A stretch of DNA of 21,401 nt, from contig JBFJHJ010000043.1 in assembly GCA_041613315.1 (NCBI GenBank), positions 1-21,401 of the forward strand, given 5' to 3'. Positions 10,129 through 19,148 of the stretch are shown one piece after another. Within the stretch, counting starts at the first letter, position 1, and the number at the start of each line of letters is the position of its first letter. The stretch comes from Gemmatimonadales bacterium (GTDB taxonomy: Bacteria; Gemmatimonadota; Gemmatimonadetes; Gemmatimonadales; GWC2-71-9). The notes beneath the pieces were generated by a model. It saw nothing but the letters and a program-made list of their open reading frames with translations. It did not search any database and was not told the origin of the DNA. The position numbers were made by a program, and so were the translations under genes.

Positions 10129-11622
10129 CTACCGCAGGGGGCGCCCCACCGCGGCCTCGAGGCTCGCGATGGCGCGGTGATAGCCGTACACGGCCGAAAT
10201 GTAATCCGCTTCCGCCTGCTGCGCGGCAAGCTGCGCGTCCAGGAGCTCGAAGAACGTCCCGGAGCCAACCCGATAGCGCTCGGTGGCCAGCCGGAGCTGC
10301 TCGCCGGCCGCCACGCGGTTGCTCTCCTGGATTCGCAGGCTCTCGTACGCGGTCCGCAACACATAGTACGCCTGGCTCACGCTGGTATGGACCTCGAGCT
10401 CACGGGCGCGGACGGCCTCGCGGGCATCGTCGGCGGCGGCGGCCGCCTCCGCCACCTGGAGCGGCCGGCTGAACTGGGTGAAGATCGGCAGCGACACCGT
10501 GATGGACGCCGAGAACGGCTGGCGCGTGAAATCGAAGGGGAAGACGCCGTTCCGCTCCCGCAGCGCGCTCTCTTGATCGGGCGAAAACGCGAGGAGCGAG
10601 CAGTCGAGCGGCATGAGACCGGAATTGAGCCAGAACTGGTTGGTGAATTGGCACTGCTCGACGTCGTTCTGAGCGCTCGCTCGCGCCCCGTCGAGCAACG
10701 GCTGGAGGTTCGTGAACTGCTGGGTGAACCCCGACCATCCGGCCGAGAGTGACAGCGCGGGCAACCAGGTGGACTTGGTGGCCCGTTCACCGGCGCGGGC
10801 GGCGCTCTCCTGCGCGCGTAGCGCGTTCAGCGTTGGGTTGCCGACACCGGCCTCGCTCAGCAGCGCTTCGAGCTCCCACGTGGGCTCCAAGATCGGGAAG
10901 CTGTCCGGCAGCGTTACGACCGAGGGATCAGTGGGGGCCGGGACGCCGATGAGTTGGAAGAGGCGCAGCTTCTCGACCGTCACGGTCTGCCGAGCCTGGA
11001 GCAGCGCCACCTCCGACCGGCCGCGGGCGACCTCAGCCTGCCGCACGTCGAGCATCGTGTTCTGGCCGACCTCGAAGCGAGCGCGGGCGAGGCGCAAGAA
11101 CTCTTCGTTGCGCGTGAGCTGGACCTCCGCCAGCCCGACCTGGGCTACGGCTTCGAGCACGGTGAGGTACTGCTGGGTCACCGTAGCGTCGAGCGTGATC
11201 TCGGCTCCGGTGATCGTGGCCTCGGCCGCATGCCGGCGGGCCTTGGCCACGCCCGGCTGCATCAGTGTGCGACCCGACAGCTCCATGGAGAGTCCCAGTC
11301 GGTAGCTGGACTCGATCGTCGCCGACGACTGGATGAACTCCTGCGTGAGGAACGTCTGGCGACCGGCGCCGCGGTAGCCGAACCCGCCCGACGCGGTCAC
11401 CGTGGGGAGGAACTGCGCGTAGGCATTGCGCACGCCCCACGACGCCGGCCCCAGGTCGTTGGCCGTCTGGCGAAAGCTGGGGTTGTAGCGCTGGGCGAGC
11501 TCGATGGCGTCGCGCAGCGACAGGGACTGGGGCACGGAAGGCAGCGGGCGCTGTTGGGCCCCCGCGGCGAGCGGCGCCCCGCTCAGGACTGCGCCGAGCA
11601 GGATCAGGCGGACTGCGCTCAT
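10129..11622 (-). CDS. TolC-family outer membrane efflux protein
   Basis: Signal peptide, LSLRDAIELAQRYNP, two OEP repeats (ARARFEVGQNTMLDVRQAEV; ATERYRVGSGTFFELLDAQ), ending LEAAVGRPLR. Confidence 0.92.
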   Translation of the reverse strand: MSAVRLILLGAVLSGAPLAAGAQQRPLPSVPQSLSLRDAIELAQRYNPSFRQTANDLGPASWGVRNAYAQFLPTVTASGGFGYRGAGRQTFLTQEFIQSSATIESSYRLGLSMELSGRTLMQPGVAKARRHAAEATITGAEITLDATVTQQYLTVLEAVAQVGLAEVQLTRNEEFLRLARARFEVGQNTMLDVRQAEVARGRSEVALLQARQTVTVEKLRLFQLIGVPAPTDPSVVTLPDSFPILEPTWELEALLSEAGVGNPTLNALRAQESAARAGERATKSTWLPALSLSAGWSGFTQQFTNLQPLLDGARASAQNDVEQCQFTNQFWLNSGLMPLDCSLLAFSPDQESALRERNGVFPFDFTRQPFSASITVSLPIFTQFSRPLQVAEAAAAADDAREAVRARELEVHTSVSQAYYVLRTAYESLRIQESNRVAAGEQLRLATERYRVGSGTFFELLDAQLAAQQAEADYISAVYGYHRAIASLEAAVGRPLR

Positions 11623-11758
11623 GGGTGCGAACTCGTCTCAGTCGGGTGAATGGAAGTCCGTGCACCGTACGGGGCGCGCACGTCGCGGTTTCACCGCCCA
11701 GCGTGCGGGCGATCGCCCGACGACGATCGCAGGCGGCCCGATCGGAGCAGCTACAATT

Positions 11759-11789
11759 AGAGTATTAGACAACTGTCTAAGTATTTCAA
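11759..11789 (-). promoter_or_regulatory. Putative sigma70-like promoter of the tolC operon with inverted-repeat operator TTAGACA-AC-TGTCTAA (11765-11780)
   Basis: AT-rich island. The minus strand reads TTGAAA followed by TAATAC (16-nt spacer) or TACTCT (19-nt spacer). A perfect 7-2-7 inverted repeat covers the spacer. Confidence 0.65.
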
Positions 11790-11897
11790 CCCCGCGCCGA
11801 CGCTCGGGAACGTGTAAGTCCCTCATCGAATAGGGGGGGTGCGGACCGGCGTCCACCACCGGATCACTGCCTTGCGTGGCCATAGCCACGCGCGCGA

Positions 11898-12593
11898 TCA
11901 CCGATGCGGGGCCAGGAGCCGGACGGCAGTGAGCCGCTGCGCGGGGACCTCCACCTTCAGGAGCCGGCCGTTGGCATCATACCACAGGTGGACGGTGGCG
12001 TCCCCCGCGTCGAGCGTCACCTGCAGGAGGGAACGTGCGGTGCCGCCGATGTCCGTCGTCGTCGTGCCATGGCGGATGAGGGTTGCGGTGGCCCGGCTCC
12101 CGAGATGAGCCGACACGAGCCGCAGCGGACCGGGCGCGCCGCCCGGTGGGATGGCGTAAATCGAGTAGACCGAGTCGTGTGCCACGAGCCGCCGGTCGGC
12201 CCCGGGAAACTCCCGTGCGGACTCGCCGGCGTCGGTGCGCACCCGCACGATCACGCGGCGCGACCCGAGGCTCACGAGAATGGTCTCGCGCCGGCCGTCG
12301 AGCAACTCGAATTGGGCCGTAGCGGCCTGGGAGTCAGGCGCAAGCGCCACGGCGGCCATGATCGTCCGGGTCGGCCGCTCGGCCGGGTAGTAGGCGGTGG
12401 TGGTGACGGTGAGGCCGTCCGCGGCACCGGGGCGGCCGCGACGGATGGTAAACTCCTCCCGCCCGATCACCGTCCCGTCCCGGAAAATAGCAAAGGCGCC
12501 TTCGTCGACGATTTGCTGAACGCTCACCTCGGCCCGCACGCCCGGTGCGGCGCCCAGCAGAAGGAGACTCAGGAGATTTCGCAGGCGCACCAT
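11898..12593 (-). CDS. Secreted hypothetical protein, beta-rich
   Basis: Signal-peptide-like N-terminus, alternating beta patterns (GREEFTI, LWYDANGRLLKVEVP). Starts 8 nt after the creatininase-family stop. Confidence 0.7.
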   Translation of the reverse strand: MVRLRNLLSLLLLGAAPGVRAEVSVQQIVDEGAFAIFRDGTVIGREEFTIRRGRPGAADGLTVTTTAYYPAERPTRTIMAAVALAPDSQAATAQFELLDGRRETILVSLGSRRVIVRVRTDAGESAREFPGADRRLVAHDSVYSIYAIPPGGAPGPLRLVSAHLGSRATATLIRHGTTTTDIGGTARSLLQVTLDAGDATVHLWYDANGRLLKVEVPAQRLTAVRLLAPHR

Positions 12594-12601
12594 GGCATCA
12601 C

Positions 12602-13360
12602 CTAGGCCGGCCGCTCGCCGTCCCCCGGCGGCGTCCGGAGCACACGAGTGGCGATCCGATCATAGATAAACTGGTACAGTCGCTCGCCCTTCTCAACGGA
12701 CGCCAGACTCGGGTGCCCGAGCGACCCGGGGCTGTCGCTGGGAATGGCCCGGCGGCCGCCGCGGTGGTAGCGCCGCATGGACGCTCGGGACGGCGCGTAA
12801 TCGCGGGCCTGCGCAAGATCCACCAGCGAGCCGTCCACGTACAGCAGCAGGGATGTGTCCATTTCGCCGCCGTGCACGGGGATCCCGGCGTCGCTCTCGG
12901 CAACCTCATGCGGGACGGCGAAGATGTCCACCGCGCGCACGCGGGCGCGGTGGGTCCGGAGCGTGCTCAGCGCCTCCTGATGGGGGTCCTGGCCGTGGGC
13001 CGTGAGGATGACGAATTCCTGTACACCTCCTGCCTCCCATGACCCCACGAGATCGTTCAGAAAGCGGTGCAGCGTCTTGCGGGAGAGCGACGCGCTCCCC
13101 GGAAACGTATCCGCGGTGGCGGCATTGACCCCATATTCCACGGTGGGAGCGCGGAGCACCTGGAACTCGGCTGAGAGGGCGTCGGCCAGCCGCTCCACGA
13201 TGATGGTGTCGCACCCGAGCGGCAGATGGGGCCCGTGCTGCTCGGTGGTCCCGACCGGCACCACGAGGCGCGGATCGCGCGCCAGGATCTCCCGCACTCG
13301 AGGCGGAGGCAGGTACTTGAGGAGCAGCGGCGAACGGTGAGGACGGCGCGAAGCACTCAC
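12602..13360 (-). CDS. Creatininase/creatinine amidohydrolase-family protein (start estimated at GTG 13360)
   Basis: VVPVGTTEQHGPHLPLGCDT, FPGS, HGGEMDTS and GSLGHPSLASVEKGERL motifs. The upstream part of the 471-aa ORF is antisense to the kinase. Confidence 0.85.
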   Translation of the reverse strand: MSASRRPHRSPLLLKYLPPPRVREILARDPRLVVPVGTTEQHGPHLPLGCDTIIVERLADALSAEFQVLRAPTVEYGVNAATADTFPGSASLSRKTLHRFLNDLVGSWEAGGVQEFVILTAHGQDPHQEALSTLRTHRARVRAVDIFAVPHEVAESDAGIPVHGGEMDTSLLLYVDGSLVDLAQARDYAPSRASMRRYHRGGRRAIPSDSPGSLGHPSLASVEKGERLYQFIYDRIATRVLRTPPGDGERPA

Positions 13361-16300
13361 TGGGAACTCGCAGCCGCGGCGCAAGCGGTGGCGCTGGGCA
13401 TCTGGCTTGCGGAGCCGGCCGCGGGCTGGGCGGTCGCGGTTGGAGCGCTCGGGGGCGCCGTCCTGCTCGCGGCGCTCCGGGAGCGGCGGGCGGTGCCGCT
13501 CCTCTCGGCGGCCGCGGCCGTGGCCGCCGCCGCCGCCGTGCTCGTGACGACGGTGCACGTCCGTGCGGTGGAGCGTGACTGGCCGGCCCTGCGCGAACGG
13601 CTGATCCAGCAAGCCAGTCGCCGGCTCGACGAGACCTTGGGGCAGGCGGTGGAACGCGCCCGAACCCTGGCCGCGCGGGGTGCGGCGGCGGACACGCTCC
13701 CGCGCCCCACGGCGTTTCGGTTTCTCTCGGACGCGGTGACCGACGACGGCCCGGAGCAAGGTGTCGTGCTCTTCGCGCCCGAGGGGCGGCCGTGGGCGTG
13801 GGCGGGACGGCATCGGCTCGAGCCGGAGCACGAGGCGCCCGAGTTGTCGGCGCGCATGACTGCATTCTACGTGGTACTGGAGGCGCGCCGCCAGGCGGGC
13901 CGGGCGCTTGCGGTGGCGCAGGTCCTGCTCGCCGCTGACAGCGCCGTGCCGGACCGCGAGCGGAGTGTGGCCGCGCAGTTCGTCCGCGCCACCGGGGCCG
14001 GCCTGGAATTCTATCAACCGCTCCGGGCGCCCCCCGGGCCGGATGTGTTCGACTACTGTCTGCCGTCGTGCACCCCCTCCCCCGGGATCGCCGCCGACAC
14101 GCTGTTCAGCGTGCGTCCCGTGCCGCCCGGTCAGGGCGCGCGGAAGCTGGAGCTGTTGGAGCGGGGGCGTCGCGGGGCCGCGTGGCTCGCAGTCGTAAGC
14201 CTCGCGCTGCTGGTGGCCGGCGGCGGAGTCGTGGCGCGTTGGGGGGGGGTATTCGGCGCCGTGGCCCTCATGATGGCGACCCCCGTCGGCCGTTATCTCG
14301 GCGCCGGCGCGCTGTTCGACGCAGCCACGTATTACCTGGATGCGCTCGGACCCCTCTCTCGATCAGCGGGGGCGCTGCTCCTGTCGGCGGCGGCGGGCGT
14401 GATGCTGCTCGTAGCGCTGGCGGGAAAATGGCGGCCACGCCTCCGGGGCGGGGTGCTGGTAGCGGCTCTGGTGCTGCTCGGCGTGCCGTTCGCGATGTGG
14501 CGGCTCGCCGAGGGGATCAGCCCGCCCACCACCGGGGTCGCGACGGGCGTGTGGCTCAGCTGGCAGGCCAGTCTGGCCGTGGTCGGCGCGCTCATCACGC
14601 TCGCCGCCTCGCTCGTGGTCGGACAGCGCATGCGTCGGGTCCCGGATGGCGTGCCATGGGCCGCGTGCGGGCTGTCAGTCATCTTGGCGGCGCTCGGGCT
14701 GCTCCTGTGGACGCCGGGCACCGGTTGGCCGGCCTGGTACCCCCTGGTATGGGTCGTGCCCCTTCTCCTGGCGGTCCTGCCGGAGGCCCGCGCGCTGCGT
14801 CTTGTGGCCATCACGACGGTGACGGGCACCGTGGCCGCGCTCCTCACGTGGCAAGCGGTGATGGAGAACCGGCTGCTCCTTGCCGAGCGGGACTTCGGGC
14901 GGTTGCGCGGCGGCGACCCGGTGGCGATCAGCCTGCTGGAACGGTTCGGCACCGCGCTGCTGGAGGACGAGGTCCCCCGGAGCGCGGCGGCGCTGTATGC
15001 GCGGTGGCGGCGCTCCCCGCTGAGCCAGGACGACTACCCGGCCGCGCTCGTTTCCTGGGCGCCGGATGGGCACCGCCTCGCGTTCTTGGAGCTGGCCGAC
15101 CTGGATCCCGAGCTGATGTCGCACGAAGCGTTCGCCGATTCCGCCCGGCGGTTCGGCCGACCGTTGGTCACTGACGTCCAGTGGGAGTCCGGCCTCCACT
15201 ACGTGGCGGCGGTGCCGTTTGCCGACGGCTCGGTCGTGACGGTGGCGGTGGCCCCTCGGTCGCGCCTCATCCAGCCCGTGCTCGTCGCGCGATTCCTCCG
15301 GGGCGAGCGACGCCTCGTTGCCCCCTACGATCTCTCACTCGGCGAGCCGGTGGTGGCTGGCGCGATGCGGGACCAGATGGAGTGGACTCGCGAGCAGCGC
15401 TGGACGGTACGCGGCACCGGCGTGCTCGAGCTGGCGGGCGCCGCCCGGCACCTCCACCTGCGGGTCCCGCTGGGGGAGCCGTCCCAGCTCGTCGTGCGGG
15501 GCGCGCTGCTGATCGTGCTCGACATGGTGCTCGTGGGGCTGTTGGCGCTCGGCGGGCAGTGGCTTGCGGGGCGCGTCGAGGTGCCGGCCGTGGTGCGCGA
15601 GCTGGGCCGGCTTCGCTCCTATCGAACCCAGCTCACCCTGGTACTGGCCGGGTTCTTCGTCATCCCGACGCTCGGGTTCGCCGCGTGGTCGATCGGCCGT
15701 CTCCGCGCAGACGCCGAGCGAAGCCAGGATCTGCTGATTCAGCAGACGCTGAGCGACGCGGTGGGCACGGCGCGGCAGTTCCGCGGGCTACCGGGCGCCG
15801 AAGTGGCGGAGCGCCTCGACGAGCTGGCGGATCGGCTCGGGGCCGATCTCCTGTGGTACGACGACGGCGTGTTGGAGCACGCGAGCGCCGCCGTGCTCGC
15901 GCAGTTGGGGCTGCTGGAGATGTATCTCCAGCCGTCGGTGTACCGGGCGCTGGCGCTCGAGGATGAGCTCGAGGTGACCGCCGCCGCGGCGATCGCGGGC
16001 CAGTTGACGCGCGTGGGCTATCGTAGCCTCACCGGTCCGCGGACCATGGGACCGATCCTCGCCGCGCCGCGCCTGGTGGACGCCAGCGACATCCTGCGAG
16101 AGCGCGAGGATCTGGCCTACGGCCTGTTGCTCGCGACCCTCCTCGGGCTGGGCGGTGCCGCCTGGCTCGCGGCCCTCGCCGCGCGCTCGCTCGCGCGGCC
16201 GGTGCAGTCGCTCCGGACCGCGGCGATCGCTGTGGGGCGGGGCGAGCGGCTGCCGCCGTTCGATCCGGCCGTCCCCTCGGAGTTCGTGCCCGTGGTCGTG

Positions 16301-17365
16301 GCGTTCGAGCGGATGGCCCGGGACATCGAGGCGAGCCAGCAAGCGCTGGAGAGCGCCCGGCGGCGGACGGCGGCGGTGCTGCGCAACGTCGCCACGGGGG
16401 TCGTGGCACTGGATCCCGCGATGCGGGTGACCATCGCCAACGCCCGGGCCGAGCAGCTGTTCGGGGTGAGCACCGATCAGGGGCTCGCGGTCCACTACCG
16501 CACCAGCCCGGAGTGGGAGCCGCTGTGGGACTGGGTGCGGCAGTTCCTCGCGAGCGGTCGCGAGCAGGACGCGGAAGAGTTCACCGTCGGCGTGCGACGC
16601 ATTCATGCCCAAGTGGCGAGCATGCATGCGGACCCCGGCGGGTGCGTCGTGGCGCTGGACGACACGACCGAGCTCACGCGGGCCGTCCGCGTGCTCGCCT
16701 GGGGCGAGCTCGCTCGGCAGATCGCGCACGAGATCAAGAACCCGCTGACGCCGATCCGGCTCGGTATCCAGCATATCCAGCGGGCGCGCCGCGACGGCAG
16801 CGCGGACTTCGACAGCACGTTGGAGCGGACCGTGCGGCAGATTCTCGCGGAGATCGAGCGGCTCGACGCGATCGCCCGCGCCTTTGCGCGCTTCGGCGCG
16901 CCGCCGGCGGAGGCCATGCCGCTCGCCCGCACCGACGTCGTGGCGGTCGCGCGGGATACGGCCGAGCTGTATCAGTTGAGCGCCGGACCGGTCGTGCTCG
17001 TGGAAGCGGATGGCGTCGTCGAAGCCGTGGTTCGCCGAGATGAGGTGAAGGAGGTGCTGATCAACCTCATCGAGAACTCGCGCGACGCGGGGGCGCAGAC
17101 CGTGACGATCGCGGTGCGGACGGCGAACGGCCGCACGACGATCGAGGTGCGGGACGATGGGCGCGGCATTGCCTCGGCGGACCTGCCGAGGATCTTCGAG
17201 CCGCAGTTCTCCACGACGACGAGTGGCACCGGCTTGGGCCTCGCGATCTGCAAGCGGCTCGTGGAATCGTGGGGCGGTACGATCGGCGTGGAGAGTGGCG
17301 AAGGGATCGGGACGACGGTCCGGATCCACCTGAGCGGCGACGGCGCACCGGGCGGATCACCGTGA
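13337..17365 (+). CDS. Large multi-TM sensor histidine kinase (NtrY-like HAMP-PAS-HisKA-HATPase core); start estimated at GTG 13337
   Basis: H-box [21 protein letters not shown]-box [10 protein letters not shown]1 DDGRGI, F-box IFEPQFST, G2 [12 protein letters not shown] (LARPVQSL) and PAS-like ([10 protein letters not shown]) regions. Many TM segments. Confidence 0.92.
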   Translation: MRTARSTHWELAAAAQAVALGIWLAEPAAGWAVAVGALGGAVLLAALRERRAVPLLSAAAAVAAAAAVLVTTVHVRAVERDWPALRERLIQQASRRLDETLGQAVERARTLAARGAAADTLPRPTAFRFLSDAVTDDGPEQGVVLFAPEGRPWAWAGRHRLEPEHEAPELSARMTAFYVVLEARRQAGRALAVAQVLLAADSAVPDRERSVAAQFVRATGAGLEFYQPLRAPPGPDVFDYCLPSCTPSPGIAADTLFSVRPVPPGQGARKLELLERGRRGAAWLAVVSLALLVAGGGVVARWGGVFGAVALMMATPVGRYLGAGALFDAATYYLDALGPLSRSAGALLLSAAAGVMLLVALAGKWRPRLRGGVLVAALVLLGVPFAMWRLAEGISPPTTGVATGVWLSWQASLAVVGALITLAASLVVGQRMRRVPDGVPWAACGLSVILAALGLLLWTPGTGWPAWYPLVWVVPLLLAVLPEARALRLVAITTVTGTVAALLTWQAVMENRLLLAERDFGRLRGGDPVAISLLERFGTALLEDEVPRSAAALYARWRRSPLSQDDYPAALVSWAPDGHRLAFLELADLDPELMSHEAFADSARRFGRPLVTDVQWESGLHYVAAVPFADGSVVTVAVAPRSRLIQPVLVARFLRGERRLVAPYDLSLGEPVVAGAMRDQMEWTREQRWTVRGTGVLELAGAARHLHLRVPLGEPSQLVVRGALLIVLDMVLVGLLALGGQWLAGRVEVPAVVRELGRLRSYRTQLTLVLAGFFVIPTLGFAAWSIGRLRADAERSQDLLIQQTLSDAVGTARQFRGLPGAEVAERLDELADRLGADLLWYDDGVLEHASAAVLAQLGLLEMYLQPSVYRALALEDELEVTAAAAIAGQLTRVGYRSLTGPRTMGPILAAPRLVDASDILREREDLAYGLLLATLLGLGGAAWLAALAARSLARPVQSLRTAAIAVGRGERLPPFDPAVPSEFVPVVVAFERMARDIEASQQALESARRRTAAVLRNVATGVVALDPAMRVTIANARAEQLFGVSTDQGLAVHYRTSPEWEPLWDWVRQFLASGREQDAEEFTVGVRRIHAQVASMHADPGGCVVALDDTTELTRAVRVLAWGELARQIAHEIKNPLTPIRLGIQHIQRARRDGSADFDSTLERTVRQILAEIERLDAIARAFARFGAPPAEAMPLARTDVVAVARDTAELYQLSAGPVVLVEADGVVEAVVRRDEVKEVLINLIENSRDAGAQTVTIAVRTANGRTTIEVRDDGRGIASADLPRIFEPQFSTTTSGTGLGLAICKRLVESWGGTIGVESGEGIGTTVRIHLSGDGAPGGSP

Positions 17366-17404
17366 GCGCGACGCCTCGGCATCGAGGGGAACTTTCGAGG
17401 GTCC

Positions 17405-17413
17405 TGTTACCTT
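17405..17413 (+). promoter_or_regulatory. Putative extended -10 (TGnTACCTT) for msrPQ
   Basis: TGT-TACCTT ends 28 nt before the msrP ATG, followed by a GAGAGG RBS. Confidence 0.4.
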
Positions 17414-17441
17414 TACAGTCGGATCAACGAGAGGCCACAGC

Positions 17442-18368
17442 ATGCTGATCAAGCGGCCGGCCGACATCCGGTCATCCGACATCACCGACGAGGCGTTCTA
17501 CCTGAACCGCCGCGCCTTCCTCGCGACGGCCGCCGGAGCGGCAGGAGCGGTCGTGGCGGCGGGGGCGCTGGGCCGCCCCCTTCGCGCGGCCACGCCTGCG
17601 GCCGGCCAGAACGACGACGAGCTCACGCCGTACGACAAGGTGACGAGCTACAACAACTTTTACGAGTTTGGCACGGATAAGGGCGATCCCAAGGCCCACG
17701 CGCACACACTCCGGCCGCGCCCGTGGACGGTGAGCGTCGAGGGAGAGGTCCATCAGCCCACGACCTTCGGCATCGACGACCTATGGCAGCGGTTCCCCCC
17801 CGAGGAGCGGGTCTACCGTCTGCGTTGTGTCGAGGCGTGGTCGATGGTGATTCCGTGGCTCGGCTTTCCGCTCAAGGCGCTGCTCGATGCCGTCCGGCCG
17901 ACGTCCGCCGCGCAGTACGTCGAATTCACGACGCTGCTCGACGCCGAGCAGATGCCGGGCCAGAAGCGTCAGGTCCTGCCGTGGCCGTACGTCGAGGGCC
18001 TTCGGCTCGACGAGGCGATGCATCCGCTCACGATGCTCGCCCTCGGCCTGTACGGGAAACCGCTTCCCAATCAGAACGGCGCGCCGGTGCGGCTCGTCGT
18101 GCCGTGGAAGTACGGGTTCAAGAGCATCAAGTCCATCGTTCGGGTCCGCCTGACCCGGACGCAGCCCCGCAACACCTGGAACGTCGTGGCGCCGCGGGAG
18201 TACGGGTTCTACGCCAACGTGAACCCCACGGTAGACCACCCGCGGTGGAGTCAGGCCCGGGAGCGGCGGATCGGCGACCTGTTCAAGCGGCCCACCCTCA
18301 TGTTCAACGGCTACGCCGAGCAGGTGGCCGGCCTGTACCGGGGGATGGACCTGCGTCGAAACTACTGA
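17442..18368 (+). CDS. msrP: Protein-methionine-sulfoxide reductase catalytic subunit MsrP
   Basis: Tat motif [17 protein letters not shown], Mo-ligand region [44 protein letters not shown]...HPRWSQ. Confidence 0.97.
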   Translation: MLIKRPADIRSSDITDEAFYLNRRAFLATAAGAAGAVVAAGALGRPLRAATPAAGQNDDELTPYDKVTSYNNFYEFGTDKGDPKAHAHTLRPRPWTVSVEGEVHQPTTFGIDDLWQRFPPEERVYRLRCVEAWSMVIPWLGFPLKALLDAVRPTSAAQYVEFTTLLDAEQMPGQKRQVLPWPYVEGLRLDEAMHPLTMLALGLYGKPLPNQNGAPVRLVVPWKYGFKSIKSIVRVRLTRTQPRNTWNVVAPREYGFYANVNPTVDHPRWSQARERRIGDLFKRPTLMFNGYAEQVAGLYRGMDLRRNY

Positions 18369-18392
18369 GGGATACGTGCAGCGGGTCGGCCG

Positions 18393-19106
18393 ATGACGCA
18401 GGGACAGTGGATACGGCGGGTCGTCAAGCCCGCCGTGTTCGTCGGCGCCCTGGTGCCGTTCGTGATGCTGGGCGGTGACATCGCGACCGGGGGACTCGCG
18501 GCCGACCCGATCGAAGACATTACCCACCGGACCGGCCTCACGGCGATCACCCTGTTGATGGCGACGCTCGCGGTCACGCCGCTGCGCCGGTTGCTCCGGC
18601 TGAACGCGCTGATCCAGCTCCGGCGCATGCTCGGGCTCTTCGCGTTCTTCTACGTGTCGCTCCACTTCTCGACGTACGTGATGGATCAGACGCTGTTTTC
18701 GGGACAGGGGCTGTCGCCTGCCCTCATAGCGGAGGACGTCGCGAAGCGGCCGTACGTCACGGTTGGGTTCACGGCGTTGCTGCTGCTGGTGCCGTTGGCG
18801 GTGACGTCCACCACGGGTTGGGTGAAGCGGCTGGGGGCGCAGCGGTGGCAGCGGCTGCATCGGCTGGTGTACGTGGCCGCCGCGCTGGCGGTGCTCCACT
18901 TTCTCTGGCTGGTCAAGGCGGACGTGCGGCGCCCGGTGATCTATGGGCTGGTGCTGGTGGGGCTGCTGGGGTTCCGGTTGGTGAGCGAGCGGCTGCGCGC
19001 GAGGGCGCGGGCGGCCGTCGGCCCTTCGCGCTCGGGAGCGGCGGTGTCCGTTGTCCGTGCGCCGGTATCCGAGGAGATGGCCGGCCGTTCGCCGGACAGC
19101 CGATAA
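18393..19106 (+). CDS. msrQ: Heme-binding membrane subunit MsrQ
   Basis: RRMLGLFAFFYVSLHF, KRPY, PLAVTS, WQRLHRLVY and LHFLWLVKAD. Directly follows msrP. Confidence 0.95.
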   Translation: MTQGQWIRRVVKPAVFVGALVPFVMLGGDIATGGLAADPIEDITHRTGLTAITLLMATLAVTPLRRLLRLNALIQLRRMLGLFAFFYVSLHFSTYVMDQTLFSGQGLSPALIAEDVAKRPYVTVGFTALLLLVPLAVTSTTGWVKRLGAQRWQRLHRLVYVAAALAVLHFLWLVKADVRRPVIYGLVLVGLLGFRLVSERLRARARAAVGPSRSGAAVSVVRAPVSEEMAGRSPDSR

Positions 19107-19148
19107 CGCGGGCGGACCCACGACTCTCATCGCGGACTACCGACGACG

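Noticed and set aside
11813..11842. GTAAGTCCCT...AGGGGGGG imperfect hairpin as a terminator or repeat
   Set aside because: The pairing is short, there is no U-tract and only one copy is in the window.
11638..11901. 87-aa ORF as a possible regulator of the tolC operon
   Set aside because: It has no helix-turn-helix-like pattern and runs through the promoter and operator region.
12602..13360. Mycofactocin or RiPP cluster implied by an MftE-like gene next to an exporter
   Set aside because: No precursor peptide, radical SAM enzyme or RRE gene is present in the window.
13361..14017. N-terminal extension of the creatininase-family ORF
   Set aside because: It is Arg/Pro-rich sequence antisense to the kinase. 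Family similarity begins near LLLKYL.
15788..19130. 513-aa and 449-aa minus-strand ORFs
   Set aside because: They are antisense shadows of the kinase and msrPQ.
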